Source: the human T2T-CHM13v2.0 reference genome, Homo sapiens. From it: DNA of 64,000 nt. A program made the position numbers and the translations under genes. The stretch lies in assembly GCF_009914755.1 (NCBI RefSeq), contig NC_060926.1, one strand, 5' to 3'. Positions 28,680 through 46,804 of the stretch are shown one piece after another. Below the pieces are notes generated by a model. The model did no database searches. It worked only from the letters and a program-made list of their open reading frames with translations, and had not been told where the DNA came from. Position 1 is the stretch's first letter; the number at the start of each line of letters is the position of its first letter.

Positions 28680-29500
28680 AAGCACAGCAGTGGCACAAAA
28701 TGCTCTGGGACTGGAGAGGAGAGGCCCTGAGATCTGCTTGTGGAGTAGTTAAAGGAGGTGCTGCAGAGGAGGTGTCCCTTGGGCTGACTCCTGAAGGGCC
28801 AAGAGGCATTTCTAAGTAAGTCCAGGGGAAAGGGGTGGCATGGAGATTCCAGAGACGGAAGGAGTGGCATGGAGATTCCAGAGACGGAAGGAGTATGCAC
28901 CAAGTCCATGAAAAATTAAAGACCGTAGGTTTTCAAAGACCTCTAGTATGCTAATTGAGCCAGAGTGCAAATTGGGAAGGAGGTTGTCTGGAAACTGTGG
29001 CCAGACATATAGGCAGGAGGCAGATGAGGAAGGGTGCTCCATGCCCTACTAAGGAGTGTGGTTACCCTTTAGCCAAGAGGAGATTCTGAACACTCTGAGC
29101 AAGGGAATGGTACTGGTGAGTTTGCATTTTGCAGAGAGCACATTGGCAGTTTTAGGTGGAGAATGGATAGAGGGAGGGAGGCAAGACTGGAGATGGGAAG
29201 ATGACCCACCAAGAGTATGAGTATCAGGAAAGATAGTAAAGACGGCATGACAGGGAAGGACAGAGAATAGGAGAAAGTGAAGGGTGATATTAAGATTTCT
29301 GGCTTGGGTGACAGATTGGATTTGCTGATGAAGGAAATAGGAGAAATGGAGTTGAGATGAGGAGGGGAGTGATAATAAATTCGTTTATTATGAATATATC
29401 CAATAGGTATTAGATAAGTGGTTCTAAAGGACAGAGGTAAATTTTTGAGAGAGACTGGGAAATCATCAGTATGTAAATGGTAATTGAAGTATTTCCAAGT
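28680..29500 (+). mobile_element. L2 fragments
   Basis: GAGCAAGGGAATGG...GTTTGCATTTT, GGAGGCAAGACTGGAG, GATTTCTGGCTTGGGTGAC, GGGAAATCATCAGTATGTAAATGGTAATTGAAG. Confidence 0.7.
28835..28894. repeat. Perfect 29-bp tandem duplication (GTGGCATGGAGATTCCAGAGACGGAAGGA x2)
   Basis: Units 28835-28863 and 28864-28892 are identical. Confidence 0.95.
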
Positions 29501-29777
29501 TTCTTTCCAGCCCTTAAATCCTGTGGTTCAATGAATAACATAAATAATCTCTTTGATGTACGCCCATCTCAGAAAGCCTACCATTAGCAGTGGCCTGTGT
29601 TAAGTGATTTGGTGACGCGATGCAGTTCCTCCTCAAGTTGTGATCAGTAAATAGTGATCTCAGCCTCATGCTGACATTGAAAATCAATCAGAACAGATTT
29701 ATTGAGTGTCTTTTTTGTGTTTACTGTTGTAAGGGAGATTCATTTTTTAGACTGGAAATAATTTCATTGATTTGTCC

Positions 29778-30069
<292 letters not shown>

Positions 30070-30191
30070 TTCATTGATTTTTTAATTCAAGTCACCAAGG
30101 TCAGGAAATGGAGTTTAGTAGGAAGACAGTGAATACAGTTTTAGGCTTGATAAGTTTAAGTTCATGGCAGAAGATCCAATGGAAATGATTA

Positions 30192-30527
<336 letters not shown>

Positions 30528-31066
30528 TCAGGCAGGGCGGGAGCCTTGGCAGACACCCACTTTCAGGCTGCCAAAGGGCAAGGACAAGCTCAAGGCAGAA
30601 CAAGAAGAATATTCCGTCACTGAACGTGGGAAGAGAGTGTTCAAGGAGTGGGCATTCAGCCAGACTCGGAGGTCAGGGGTGACTGACCGGAAGATGATCA
30701 TGAGATTTAGTGATGAGCTGGTCACTGGTGCTTTTTCTCATAGGAGTCTCAGTGGCATAAAGAGTTAGGAAGTAAGATTCTAGGTCATTGAGGAGGAGGA
30801 GGAGGAGGAAGAGGAATAGTAGTAATAATAATAAAGTTGACATGTACTATATTGGATGTCTCCCTACGATACATGCCAGGCAGTCTTCAAAGCACTTTGT
30901 ACGTGTTATTTTGTTTAATGCTCACAGTAATTGTAGGAACTTACCAATGTTATTAATATTATTCATATTGATACTATTATTTCCATTTACAGATAGACTG
31001 TAATAGGAAATAAAGACAATGAGTATAGACAATCCTTTGTGACATTTTGCAGTGATACAAAAAGTT

Positions 31067-32180
<1,114 letters not shown>

Positions 32181-32973
32181 CGGGAAGGAAAGAACGGAGA
32201 AGGAAATTAGTAACCGTAAGAATAAAGAAGAATTCTATCTAAAAGTCTGTTGTAACTTTGCAATTGAGGCATCACTTTTATAAGAACATTTTTATTAATG
32301 AGAAAAAAAGGCAGAAGATCACTCTCATCACGTTTATGGAGAACAAAATGAATTGGCAAGTCAGCCAATCAGCTGGAGCAGCCTGGACGGTTAGGACCTT
32401 GAATGGCTGTAAATTGGTGGCATCAAATCTTTTCTTTTGGCACTGGGACTGACTGGCTACCCTGCTGACTTCATCAGACTCTCTGTTGACTTCCTGAGGA
32501 TGTTGTGTAGTCTGGATCAAGGTTATCCACAAGGTTAAGTAAACTATTGCTCATTTCCACCTGTAACTATCAGATGCAAATACTATTAGCATTTACTGCA
32601 ACTAAAACAAGTGACAATATTTTCACATGTTTTCTCTGTAGGAATATAAGGTCCCTTGGAAATAAAGAGTCGAGAACGTTTAGGTAATACTGGGCGTGGC
32701 ACTTGCAGCCATCATTTCAGTCTAAAAACATTTCCTAAGGAAAAGTACTAAATGTTTTTTTCATAGAACCCAACATTTTGGCTGTTAAACCATTTTCATC
32801 AAAACATTTTATTTATATGTAAAATATTTTAAAAGCTGTTTTCTGTGTAAACATGTTCATCTCATCATCACACACTAATCAGGATGTGTTGAGTGCCTCT
32901 GTTTATCCATTAATATCTGGTGTTTGTCAGCCTGTGTTTGTTTTGTGTCTGATGTTCCATGTCTTTTTTGCAG

Positions 32974-33099
32974 ATATTGATGAATGTGTAAACAACACTG
33001 TTTGTGACAGTCACGGGTTTTGTGACAATACAGCTGGCTCCTTCCGCTGCCTCTGTTATCAGGGCTTTCAAGCCCCACAGGATGGGCAAGGGTGTGTGG
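32974..33099 (+). CDS. LTBP1: LTBP1 exon, 126 nt, cbEGF (D)[41 protein letters not shown]
   Basis: tttttgcag|ATATTGATG ... TGTGTGG|gtgagt; cbEGF consensus; phase 1-1; NNT sequon. Confidence 0.97.
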
Positions 33100-33256
33100 G
33101 TGAGTTTTTAGATTTTTTCCCAACGTGTTTCACATGTCCCTAGGGAAAAGAAATCACAGTGAACAACAGGAGCTTTTAAGCGGGTAATTTGGGTAGAGCT
33201 TTATCATAATTTGATTTTGTCATACAATTTGAGGATGTGCAAAAATATCCTATGTT

Positions 33257-33636
<380 letters not shown>

Positions 33637-36527
33637 TTAACAAGAACATCTGTTTAAACTCTAACTGAGTATGCAGAACTCTAGACTCCCTTCAGCACAG
33701 GAAATAGAGTCTGGTGTGTGGTATAGATTGTCTGTCTTTGAAATGCATCCCCTTAGACAGTGCGTTTAAGGCAAAGTATTGCCAGGAGCTTCAGTGTCCA
33801 GGAATGATACCTGTAAAAGGATGCTTTGAATTGTGCAACTGTATTTCCTCAGTCTGTTCCGGGATTGACAGGGCTGGAAGGAATCTTGAATATCATCATA
33901 TGTCCTGGAATATGGTCCAACAAATGCTCACACAGAAAATAATTTGTATTTCATTGTCTGACCAAGATGTGATTTCTTCACGTCAAACTCATTATGAAAC
34001 ATATTTGCAATTAGAGCAATTAAATGGGAAAGAGAAGAAAGGTTATCAAATTCAAGACTTTATAGATAGCAAGACTTTTCTTTTTCTTTATTCTTAGAGA
34101 AAAATAGCCATGTTCACTACATGGCAGGTGGAACTTGAGGAGTCTATTGCCTATTTGGTTTGAAAATTTGCAATTAAGACATTAGTTCATTTGCCATCCA
34201 TATTAAACTTGGAAAACAAGATTTTTAAGGTTTAATGATAATGTCACTTAATAACTGCTTTTGTGGAATTATGAAATTCAGTTAATTCTCAACCAAAAAT
34301 TATTTACAAAGCAATGGTGTGGTTTCATGCATAAGCAGTAGCTAGTCAAAAACATAGATAATTATTCAAGAATTATTCACAACAAGACATAGTTATTTAA
34401 TAATATAGCTAAGACTATCCTAATCTTAGTTCAAACTCCTGCTTTGGCCACCTTTCCACCAAAATACAGTTGTTTGACGTTTGGATAATATTTTCACCAG
34501 TTGGGTCTTGTGATGTGGCCCCTACTTTTCATCTTAACTTTACCACTTCCTTCTTCACCTGTTGTTTCCAGCAACGTCAGACTGGTTGTGGTTGCCCATG
34601 TCACTGTGCAATTATTTGACTGTTGTTCACTCCTTCTGCTGGGAATATCCTCCTGACCTCTCCTTCCCTGAGCCCTGGATTTTTCTCACTCGTTCTTGAA
34701 GACTGAGGTTCAGTGTCATCTTCCAGACACCATCCCTGCTCCATTCCTCACTCTCAAGCTGAGCTGTGACCTCTGCTTCCAGAGCACCTTCAGCAAATTC
34801 TATTATAGCACTTACAACCTTTGGGGGAATAATTTAATAATGGGTATACCACCTGCAGACCGCTTCTGCAAGGCTATGACCTCTATATGATTGAAAACTT
34901 TCTCACTTCTCCCTGGGCAGGGCACGATGCTTGGCTTATTATAGGTGCTCAGTAAATTTTGTTTAACTACCAACTGTTTAAATATCAGATGTTGAACCAT
35001 ACCTGGAAACCATGTCAGCTATCTGGAGTCCACATAGCTCCAGAGCCCCTGCTTAATGTTCATTTCTAACCAGCCAGATGAGCACACCAAACCCATGCTG
35101 ACATTTCAGCTTGGCACACAAAACACCACCCTTAGAGAAGGAATATTTGTTATCATTTTGGTGAACTCAACAAATGCCATTTTATTTGTGTTTGTATTTA
35201 TTATTTCAAAAATATTTACTAAGCACCTATGATACGCACTTCACACTGGGTGTTCTGTAGAGCTACAGGGATGAGTGAGCACCTGCCCCATTATCACCTA
35301 CTCATCCTTCAGCTATTTGCTCCAGTATCATTTCTCTAACCCACCCCCACATTTAAGGTCTGCTGTTCCATGCTTTCACTGAGCTCTGAACTTTTCACTC
35401 CTCACACTCACTGAAGCATGTACAATTATTTTGTTCATTTCCCTAACTCGTCTGTAAGCTCCATGAAGGCAGGAGTTGGGACTGCTGGCTCATCATTGTT
35501 ACCCCACATATAGGCCGTACAGGCCTGCCCCACAGAAGTAAGCTAGGAAATATTTCTTGATTGAATTATTGCAGTCTGATGGGATAGAGTTTATTAGCCA
35601 TGTCAATAATACATGTTGGAAAGTACAAAGTTCCACTGGACATTTACCTAAAATTGATCAATGTGAACTGGCAATTTCTTAAGTTTTTCTGGTCTCAATA
35701 TGACTGTCGGTTGATTAAATATTTCAACTCTGCTTTATGTTATGGTATTTTTCACAAGTGAAACCAGTTCATTGGATTTATATCTCTTTATATATAAATG
35801 AAATGGAAAACTGAGGTAATTATCCAAATAAGTCAAGATGTATAAGCTTTTTGTCCAATTAACTGGGTATACCAGGTGAAAGGACGATTTTTTTTTTTCT
35901 GGAATGATTTAGATAATTGCTCAAATTTTTAACTTTGATTAAGCCATCTCAAAGTATGCTCATGAAAGCTGATGTTTATACACGTTTAATGCATAAGACA
36001 TGTGAGCATTTCAGACTTTAAGTCAGGTGCTTTACTGAATTGGATACCCATGAATAAAATATTGCAGGAGGAAAGAGGGTAAAAAGCACTATGGGACAAC
36101 ATCAAACATAAAATTAGCCTTTCTTTAGGGCTGTGTACTTGCAAAATGTTGAATAAAGTGTACTTGTCACTGAGATTCCTTCACTGTATTTTAATTATGT
36201 ATATTTAAGTACAGAAGAAAAACATTTAGCAAAATAGAAATTACACAGTGGAACATCAACAGAATTTGAAAAGGTGTCATGAGATCAGTGATTAGTTATT
36301 GGACCAATTTGTTTCACATGAATGATTAATGTAGCCTGATGAGTATCTATAGGAGTCTTTCCTTCATTTCTCAAAGGAATATGTAATCTGAATTCTATTG
36401 ATAATTATGGATGCTTTGGCTACCAGAGAACTGTATTTTCAGATATTTAAGTATATTTTAAAAGTTTTTAAGTGAACTTAATTCTGTGGTTACTGAAGTG
36501 TCAGTGATTCTAACTTTGCTTGAATTA

Positions 36528-36835
<308 letters not shown>

Positions 36836-36973
36836 GAACTGAGAGTAGAGTGTTGCGTCATTTAAGACTTCATTATGTTGAAAAGTCAGGAATGATAAAA
36901 CTAGATGGTCAGTGGGCACATACTAGTTTTGCAGTACAATTCCAGAGTATCTTTTAAAACTAGATTGGGAATT

Positions 36974-37306
<333 letters not shown>

Positions 37307-37505
37307 TCATAGTCCTTTCGTACAGACCAAATCTGACAGCTCTACCTTAAAGAGCCCCTTCCCTAAAAGAGCAGAAGGGGTTTGACTGCTCTCTGGGGAT
37401 CGCCTTCTTTTCAGCAAGACACTATTAGCCCTGGCACAGCTGGTAAAATAGAGAGCTGTCGTGAATGAGGCACACATCTCACTTGGTCTGTGCTCCCTTT
37501 TCCAG

Positions 37506-37649
37506 ATGTGAATGAATGTGAACTGCTCAGTGGGGTGTGTGGTGAAGCCTTCTGTGAAAACGTGGAAGGGTCCTTCCTGTGCGTGTGTGCTGATGAAAAC
37601 CAAGAGTACAGCCCCATGACTGGGCAGTGCCGCTCCCGGACCTCCACAG
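37506..37649 (+). CDS. LTBP1: LTBP1 exon, 144 nt, cbEGF (D)[47 protein letters not shown]
   Basis: ccttttccag|ATGTGAATG ... TCCACAG|gtaagt; cbEGF consensus; phase 1-1. Confidence 0.97.
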
Positions 37650-39307
37650 GTAAGTCCCAGTGACACTGTGCAAGGGAATGACAGGCTCCTCTCAAAGACC
37701 TGCACCCACACAGCTTTGGGATAAACGCTGGGAGTGAGATAAGAAGCAGCCAGATGTCCTGACACAGTGCTGTCTCTGGAAGCTTCCATGATCTTCTGTG
37801 CCTGCCTTGTCAGTGGAATTAAGATGTGGGTGATGACTCTTTGGGCTAGATGGCCTCTAATGTTCTATCCAAACCAGAGATGCCTCCAGTAAGGTAAAGG
37901 ATCCAAAATGATGAGGACATTTGCTGGGGATTGCTTAAAACTTAGAGAGCTATCAGCTCAGGATTTAATATGGCACCATCTCATTAAGTTGCATAATCCT
38001 CCATACGTTCTTGGCCCTTAGAGAAATGTGTCTTGACACTTCTCTAAATTAAAAGCAACATATAGGCCTCTTAGGATCTACAAAGACTTCCACTTGGAAT
38101 TCTTAAGGTGTTTTTCCAGAATTTGGCCTAGAGAGTAGCTATGTTTGCATTCGCTTAAAATTTGATTTAGGCTGTGTCGTCACTGTGCAAACTGAAATAG
38201 AGAGTTGGACTGTTTTCCAGATAAATTAATCAACTTCCCAATCACCCTTTTAAGTTTGTGCCATGTAGCTATAGCTTGGTTGTATTTTAGGGAAAGCAAA
38301 GGCCCAAATGGTCCTTTGAGAGCCAAGTAAAATGAAACATAGACCATTTTTTTTTCTTTCTCAGTCAGTTTTATCCATGCTTCCATAATAGCTTTCACTA
38401 CTCCTCTGGAGGATACACTTGTTCTGTGTAAAATAGCTATCTTTGCAAGTAATAGGAAATGAAATATGAAAATATTTTCACCCACACATATTTCCTCAGT
38501 TATTAAATATAGAAAGGTGAAGGGTATAGAATTAAATGAACAGGCTATAATTCAAAAACCTTGTGAAAGAGAAGAGACAGGTTATTACTGGTGGGAGGAT
38601 TTCTCTTCATTCAAGTGACCACCACAACAATACATATTCCATAAAGAAGAGACTTTTCATTTTAATTGGATCTACAATAGCAAAAAACAAACCAAAAAAC
38701 AAAAAAATCTGGTTGGCCACTAACAGAATTGGTTAACTAAGTGTCTTTTTCTTATTTTTGTTTGGTTCCATAGGGTAGCACCTCACCTATAGTGTTATTT
38801 TGAATGAATTAATTCATATATCATAATATATAGCCATTAAATGGTCTGGGTGATGCTTAGATAGTCATGATAAAGATAAATGTATGTGATACAATGTTAA
38901 GTGAAAAAATACAGGATATTCCAATGATCACACTCTGTAGAGGAAGGGAGAGTGAGAATACATAAAAAGGTAATTGTTGGACCGAACCAATAACTAATTG
39001 AGCTTATTCATTTGTATAGCTCCTGGCAGCTTTTCCTTTTATCATGCCTCAATTTGTATAGTTGATGGTGAACTTTGATTATATGGAGTCTTAAGACTGT
39101 CTTATGACAGTCTTCATTTTTAAAAAATTTTCTAGCAGTATCCTGAGAGACTGAGTTTAGCCATAAACTTCAGCAGAAGCCTTCTGTCTGATTTCATCAG
39201 AGTCAATAATTGATCAGTTATTTGAAAAAGGTGATTAAAAACTAGAAATCATAAAAAGGTAACATCTTCTAAATTTAATTTTTAACTCAAAGGATATAAG
39301 TACATTT

Positions 39308-39596
39308 GGCCAGGTGCAGTGGCTCACGCCTGTAATCCCAACACTTTGGGAGGCCGAGGCAGGCAGATCACTGAGGCCAGGAGTTCTAGACCAGCCTGGC
39401 CAACAAGGTGAAACCCTGTCTCTACTAAAAATAGAAAAATTAGCCGGGAGTGGAGGCATATGCTTGTAATCAGTAAGGCAGAGGCATGGGAATCGCTTGA
39501 ACACATGAGGCAAGGTTGCAGTGAGCTAAGATCACACCACTGCACTCCAGCCTGAGCAACAGAGCCAGATTCTGTCTCAAAAGAAAAAAAAAAAAA
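39308..39596 (+). mobile_element. Alu (AluS-like) with right-arm deletions
   Basis: Dimer; TSD AAGTACATT. Confidence 0.93.
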
Positions 39597-41689
39597 GTAC
39601 ATTCATACACCAATCTTTGAAGAGAAAGGCTGTGGTCTTTTTTTGTGTAGAGGTTCATTTGTGGAGTTTGTGTGGCTATCCTGCATAAACCCCATCTGTT
39701 ATGTATTACTTACACTTTCTTTGTAGAAGGGAGTGAGAATCTAAAGCCTTTTTCAAAACAAATGAATGTAAAATCCCTCTAAATTTTTACAGTTTTTCTC
39801 AATTTTTTACACTTGTCCACACCTAATTTGACAGCATTTCTTTTACTGAATCAACTTTATCTAATCTTTCTAAAGCTTTAACTTGCCCTAGAAACAGCTC
39901 TTCTGGTTACATTCATATTGTACTGGTTGATGTAATATTTAATTAAATTATGTAAGTACAGTAATCAATACACTGACACAGAATGTTTGAGTGTATACCT
40001 AGGTGAGTCTTGGTTTGTGTACTGCACAGCCTGTAGGAGCAGAAGTGTGTGGACCTCTGCAAGAATAGCCGTCTGGCTCTGAGCATTCTCCCTTCCATGA
40101 GCATCAGCAGTGATATTTTACAGAGGGCAAGAAAACATCAGTTAACACAAGTTGGTTAAATGTAGGCCAGTTAAGAGAGTTTGTACCCTGTCCAGTAAAA
40201 GAATCTGCTATTCCACAGACCAAAACATTTTAAACCAAATTTAAATAAAAGTTTTTAGACTAGGATTCAAATTAATTTCATTATATGCATAATATACTGA
40301 AGCTGAGAGCTCATCCGTCCTGAAAAGTACTTAGGAAGGGAAAGATAAATTTCCAGTATAGGCTATCACATTTTTATTCAGCTATAAAACTCCCCCAGGA
40401 CAATCTATATTCCAACAATGAGCAGTAGCATGATAATCTGATGTGGTATCATACTGAAGGCAGAACTAGGGTTATGGGGTAGGATATTAGGAAGGCAGGT
40501 TTCAGGTCAGTATCCAGAAGAGCTTTCCAGTAACTAACAAGAGCTAGTCAGCAAAAAGCTGCCCCAGAAAATACTGGAGTGCTTCCCGCGGAGGCATCCA
40601 AGAACAGGTGGGATACCCACTGGCAGAAGAGCACCCACTTCCAGCAGGGTATTGCCCCAGATGAACCTTTAAGGTACTTTGGAACTCTAATGTCCTAGGG
40701 TTTTTATTTCTAAACTTTCTTGCTTCCCACATATATATTTTTTAGGTCTGCCTTAATGTTTTTTACTGCCTGGGCCTTTGGCCACTAATTTACATTGCTG
40801 TGCATTGCCTAAAAGCATCTGAAAAAGAAGTAACTAAAAAATGTCCATACCAGGCCACTCATCACATTTAAGAAGGTATGGATATGAAATATAGTCTGAT
40901 GCTATTATTTCCTTAGTGCCTGTGATAATTGCTCAATAAAAACTTTATGTCTTTGGGCACTCTAAGGGAAGCAGTAAATATTTAATCTTGGCAACTGCAG
41001 CCTTCAGACCTTACCCACAAAATGCTGTTCTTTTCCTTGATTGGTGTACAGAGGAAATTCTGTGGTAGGAACTGCATCTTATTCTTAAAACAGAAGGTAT
41101 AATGAAAAGAATACAATGAAAAATATATATATATTATAATCCATACAGGTATTCTCCACTTTAAGACAAGCAAACAAAATCAGGAAGTATAAAGCATATA
41201 GGTTGGGGTGGTTAGTTATATTATAAAGTAATTCTTCACTTTACTCAATAATTTATCATAGGATTTCTTTAAATATCAGTTTTCGCTAATACAGTTCGCT
41301 AATACATCTTATTCCCACATCATGAGCTATATCCTAGACTTCTGCATTTAGAAACCACCTTAGTGATTTTCCAGCTCAACTTTTTTATTTATAGGTAAAG
41401 ACACTGAGGCCCAGAGAAACATCTGAAATGTCATTCTTAAGGTTATATAGCTAATGAATGGCAGAATTGGTCCAGGAACCCAACTCAGGATCTTCTCACT
41501 TCACCATTTCTAATTTTAGGGCTGAGGACAACAAGACATCAAATTCTTCTCAAAATTGGCTTTTCTCATTTTGTTTTTCATTATTAAGATAATACACATT
41601 AATCATAGAAAATTGGCAAATACAAAGGTAAATTTTTAAAAAGTCTCCTGCAGTATCACCATCCAATATCTGTCACCATGTTGACCTCT

Positions 41690-43100
<1,411 letters not shown>

Positions 43101-43105
43101 AAGCC

Positions 43106-43416
43106 TTTCTTTTTTTTTTTTTTTTTTTTTTTTTTGAGACAGAGTCTTGCTCCATTGCGCAGGCTGGAGTGCAGTGGTGTGATCTTGGCTCATCACAACC
43201 TCCACCTTCTGAGTTCAAGTGATTCTTGTGCCTCTGCCTCCCTAGTAGCTAGGATTACAGGCCTGTGCCACCATGCCCACCTAATTTTTGTATTTTTAGT
43301 AGAGACAGGGTTTTGCCATGTTGACCAGCCTGGTCTTGAACTACTGACCTCAAGTGATCTGCCTGCCTTGTCCTTCCAAAGTTCTGGGATTACAGGCGTG
43401 AGCCACTGTGCCCGTC
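43106..43416 (-). mobile_element. Alu (AluS-like)
   Basis: Long poly-T then Alu body. Confidence 0.95.
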
Positions 43417-43929
43417 TTCTTGTTGGCCTTTCCTGAAATATCTCTCAAGCCTTTTTAAAAGTCTGCTTGACTGTCACCGAGTTGTCACACATTCCCCAAA
43501 TCCCCAAGATGGAATTACAGGATTCTGCCTCTCTGCTCTCAACACGCCTTGCTTTTGTGGCTAACAGTCTCTGCGTCTTATTCTCTCTGCATCCACTGCA
43601 AAACAGCTCACTGCTGAGCACGGCGCCTGATGGATGGTAGACACTCGGTAACTGTTGAATAAATTGCCTCTCCACATTAGAAGCACATGTCCCTTTCATA
43701 ACCCATCCCTCCCATTCCTAGCTACTTCTACAGAATAAAAATAATTTTTCATTTTTTTAAAGATTTAATAGGGGCACACTTAAGTGGGGAAATGTCTATT
43801 CACACTTCCGTGTAGGAAGTGCTGCTTCAGATTGCTTGAGTTAAATTAGAAGAGGTTAAATTAAAAGAAAAAAAGAACATCTCCCCACTGTCAAGGAACA
43901 CAGAATACAACTCATCTTGGTAGTTCTGA

Positions 43930-44301
<372 letters not shown>

Positions 44302-44819
44302 GTGCATGTACACATTTTTTAAAGGCAGGAAGCCACATGTGACAATCAGTCAACTGTTATATTTGGCAGAGTCTGTTTTTTAAAATGTGTTTAGTTAACC
44401 TGTTAAATAAATTTAACATTGAAAGACTTATAAAAATTATTTCTGATTGGAAAAACAAGACTTTTGGTAGGAAAAAAATATTAAAGAAAGTAAGACCACA
44501 GTATTTATAATGCAAATATTGTAAAAGGCCATAAACCTCCTGAGGTCGTATTGTGTTTTTGTAATGAATCTATACCATATATGTAGGTAAGGCTGAGGAA
44601 AATACGTTCATTTGTTTAAAAAAAAAATATCTAGTCAAGTTTCTTCCCACATCCAGCGATGACAATGAGAAGGTATCATCTTTTTGGTATAAAAGCCAAA
44701 CTGCTTTTTTAAGATTTTCTGCTTGCTATAGATAGTACCTAAAGTCATATCTGAGTTTCTGAAAAGAGATGTCAGTGTTTTAATGAACTGACATATCAAT
44801 CAAAGTGACAAACTAAAAC

Positions 44820-44822
<3 letters not shown>

Positions 44823-44866
<44 letters not shown>
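44823..44866. repeat. (AC)~22 microsatellite
   Basis: Uninterrupted AC run. Confidence 0.97.
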
Positions 44867-44867
<1 letters not shown>

Positions 44868-44879
44868 ATTGTATCTTCA

Positions 44880-45099
44880 TTTATTTTTATTTTTTTGAGA
44901 CAGGATCTCGCTCTGTTGCCTAGGCTGGAGTGTAGTGTACGATCATGGTTCACTGCAGCCTTGACCTGCTGGGCTTAAGTGATCCTCCCACCTCAGCCTC
45001 CTGAGTAGCTAGGATTACAGGCCCACGCCACCATGCACAGCTCGTTTTTAAAATTTTTTTGTAGGACGAGGTCTCACTATGTTGCCGAGGCTGGTCTCG
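44880..45099 (-). mobile_element. Partial AluJ-like element
   Basis: GATCATGGTTCACTGCAGCCTTGACC...GGGCTTAAGTGATCCTCCC. Confidence 0.9.
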
Positions 45100-45416
45100 T
45101 TTTATCTTCTTAATACTACAAGATATACTCACACTGTTGCATTAGAAATGCATTTTGGATCCTAGAACTTGCTATAAACTAAACCTGACGAGGAATGGTT
45201 TGTACATTTCCTTTTAAACGTTTCCATACACTTTGTGTGTCACTTTGGATGTGCTTTACTCATGCATTTATCCTCGCAGGCCCTCATGACGCCCGAGTGT
45301 CAGGAATGTTATGGGTTTGTGTTGTGTGTCATCTGCTTGTTCCCCCATCTCCATATGTGCTTCCTATTCTGACTCATCTCAGTGTACTATTCTCTCGTTT
45401 TTCTTTCTCTGCAGTA

Positions 45417-45736
45417 CAGCTATCCCTTGGTATTTAAGGGGGCTTAGTTCCAGGGCCCCCACTGATACCAAAATCCACAGATGCTCAAGTCCCTGATACA
45501 ACACGGCGTAGTATTTACATATAACGTATGCACATCCTCCTGTATACATTGAATCATCTCTAGATGACTCATAATACATAATACTATATAAATGACATGT
45601 AAATTGTTACACTATACTGTTGTTTTATTTGTATTATTTGTTTTTGTATGTTTTTTATTTTTTCAAATATTTTTGATCTGCAATTGATTGAATTCACAGA
45701 TGTGAATCCCATGGATACAGAGGGCTGGGCCCACTG
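45417..45736 (+). mobile_element. MER2 DNA transposon
   Basis: TA|CAGCTATCCCTTGGTAT...ATACCAAAATCCACAGATGCTCAAGTCCCT...CCCATGGATACAGAGGGCTG...CTG|TA. Confidence 0.88.
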
Positions 45737-46139
45737 TACTTTATTTGGCTTCCAGGAGCCCCTTCATTCATCCATTTCTGCTCATTTTTCTTCCCCCTGC
45801 TTTTCCACTCTAGAGTAATATCCCCGACTTTTTCTTCTCCTCACCCTCTCACTGTCCCAGGCTCATTTTCTCCAATCTCTTGTAATGCCTTCACTAGATG
45901 TCAGCTCCACCAGGCAGCCTTCCCTGATAGCCTTGTCTACCCATCCCTCTGCAGTGAGGCCTAGGTGTGCGTGTGTGTCCTGGGAGTGAAGCCTCCAGTT
46001 CACTCCTTAAGACCTCTTTAAGAGCAAGAACTATGTGGAGAGATCCTCTTTTAAAGTGTTTTTATTTTTGTGCTTTTTTTTTTCTAAACTTCACTTTGAC
46101 TGCTTTGGCATGTTTTACCATCTGAAGTTATCCACTTTC

Positions 46140-46535
46140 TGTTACCGAACACCAGGGGTTTGGTCTAGGTTCTGCAGCTCACTGCACAGAAAACCAATCA
46201 CCGAGACCACAAGTATTTCCAAGGAAGAAGGCTTTAATTGGGTGCTACAGCCAAGGAGATGGTAGCTCAGTCTCAGATCCATCTCCCTGATGGACTAAAA
46301 CTAGGGGTTTATGTAACAGGGAAGAAATGTAACAATGTGTAAGAAAACAGGAGCAAGGGAGGGACAGGGAAGCAATCGTGATGAATCAGGGGTCAGCATC
46401 TGGTTGTCAGGATGTGGTGATCTGGTGAGTTTCAGTTCTTTGATACTTTCTTTGAGAGGCCTGAAAGTCATTTCCTGAGAAAGGAACTCAGATAAAACAG
46501 ATGTTAAGTTTCAAGCTTTAAGATCAGAAATGTCT
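46140..46535 (-). mobile_element. ERV1-class (MER4-group-like) LTR, apparently truncated at the adjacent Alu
   Basis: Starts TGTTACCGAACACCAGGGGTTTGGTCTAGG; GGCTTTAAT (antisense ATTAAA); TATA-like GGGGTTTATGT. Subfamily not determined. Confidence 0.75.
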
Positions 46536-46804
46536 GCCGGGCGAGGTGACTCACGCCTGTAATCCCAGCACTTTGGGAGGCCGAGGTGGGTGGATCACGA
46601 GGTCAGGAGATCAAGACCATCCTGGCTAACATGGTGAAACCCTGTCTCTACTAAAAATACAAAAAATTCGCCGGGCATGGTGGCAGGCGCCTGTAGTCCC
46701 AGCTATTCAGGAGGCTGAGGCAGGAGAATGGTGTGAACCCGGATCCACTGCACTCCAGCCTGGGCAACAGAGTGAGTCTGTCTCAAAAAACAAAAAACAA
46801 AAAA
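46536..46804 (+). mobile_element. AluY-like element with ~30-nt right-arm deletion
   Basis: GTGTGAACCCGGATCCACTGCACTCC lacks the usual GAGGCGGAGCTTGCAGTGAGCCGAG segment. Confidence 0.93.

Noticed and set aside
37307-37789. 160-aa antisense ORF
   Set aside because: Shadow of the LTBP1 exon at 37506-37649 on the opposite strand; no recognisable domain or independent gene signals.
39971-40008. TAG|GTGAGT recursive-splice-like motif
   Set aside because: No polypyrimidine tract, intervening AGs after the putative branch, and the intron is only 13 kb.
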